A stretch of 63,864 nucleotides of DNA, counting the filler, from Rhabdomonas costata (Eukaryota), in assembly GCA_019059605.1 (NCBI GenBank). It is 47 parts of 47 records of this genome, joined end to end, with 100 filler letters (N's around TTAATTAATTAA, not from the genome) between each part and the next. Parts side by side here need not be neighbours in the genome. Positions count along the whole stretch, not along the records: positions 62,605 to 63,864 come from JAHMHO010021562.1; 46 more parts are not named here. One strand, given 5' to 3'. The notes below the pieces were generated by a model, which was not told where the DNA came from, did no database searches, and saw only the letters and a program-made list of their open reading frames with translations. The first letter of the stretch is position 1; every line of letters starts with the position of its first letter. This document shows, one piece after another, positions 63,201 to 63,864 of the stretch. The translations under genes and the position numbers were made by a program.

Positions 63201-63864
63201 GAATAGCATCTACCATCGAGCGGTCCGCTTCTTCACGCTTCCGCATCGGAGACATAAGTGCGCTTCCTGTGGCTGTGAGCATGCAAGAGTCAGTGAGTGC
63301 GTCAGAGCGCTTGGCCATTGACCGTGATCTGAAGGTCCCACTCCGGGACCTGGGCGCTCGCTCTGGGGGGTGGAGGCGTGGTACACGGCTCCCTGGTTCA
63401 GTGCTCCTCCCGGAAGACTCGTTCCCAAGACGCGCACAGTCACAAAGATTTCTTCTGGTTACCCGATAACTTTGTGAGACGGTGAGGAAGTCGTCGTGCG
63501 CGTTGGCGCGGGAGTGAAAGTCGACGATCAAACGGAAGATTTGCGGATCAGAGGTGTGTGAAGTCTGTGGGTTGTGCATAGCTGGGTGAGGGAAGGCATA
63601 CCCCCATACCCCCCCTGTGGATGAACTTGCTCGAGGGGATCTTCTCCGAGGGGGTCGCGGAGTAGCGGTGGCAGGGCTGCTGGTTCTTCGGAGAGGTGGA
63701 GCGGAAACTTGCCAGCACCGTCGAGCCTGTCTGTGCGGAGGACAGGCTGTTGCCCCGGCCGCGCTTCTGGCGCGCCGAGGAATGGGCGCTGCGCGGGCTA
63801 GGGTGCAACTCCGCTTGCTGCGATTACGCACGCAAGTGCGAGGGAATGGGGGCACCCCAGCACC

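Noticed and set aside
63466-63570. IFRLIVDFHSRANAHDDFLTVSQSYR as proteasome Rpn5, or a non-canonical intron boundary
   Set aside because: The similarity is weak and a normal CAG acceptor exists upstream. No convincing euglenid non-conventional intron was found in the window.

Overview
This window is not one locus. It is 47 unrelated contigs of about 1.26 kb each, joined by an artificial 100-nt spacer (44 N + TTAATTAATTAA + 44 N, which has stops in all six frames). G/T-only 5' ends, C/A-only 3' ends and frequent terminal fold-backs point to a whole-genome-amplified, probably single-cell, library. Most contigs are intron-rich nuclear DNA of a eukaryote at roughly 50% GC. The donor sites are atypical (GTGTG/GTGCG-like, several GC-AG), which suggests a euglenozoan, possibly a euglenid; this is inference. 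Spliced exons were recognised by eye for EMG1/Nep1, a histidine phosphatase, an SLC25 carrier, a CMGC kinase, UBR4/BIG, a beta-helix protein, a histidine kinase, dephospho-CoA kinase (COASY-like), an SLC6 transporter, a DEAD-box helicase with a 9-nt microexon, a SIR2-like protein and an AI-2E transporter. Mobile or foreign DNA includes a frameshifted CRESS-like HUH Rep, a Ty3/gypsy gag remnant and a CRE-like non-LTR remnant. One very AT-rich, intronless contig carries a NifS cysteine desulfurase ending in a Mimiviridae-style hairpin (candidate giant virus). Another compositionally odd contig may be diplonemid-type mitochondrial DNA. All homology calls are from motif recognition, not from database searches.
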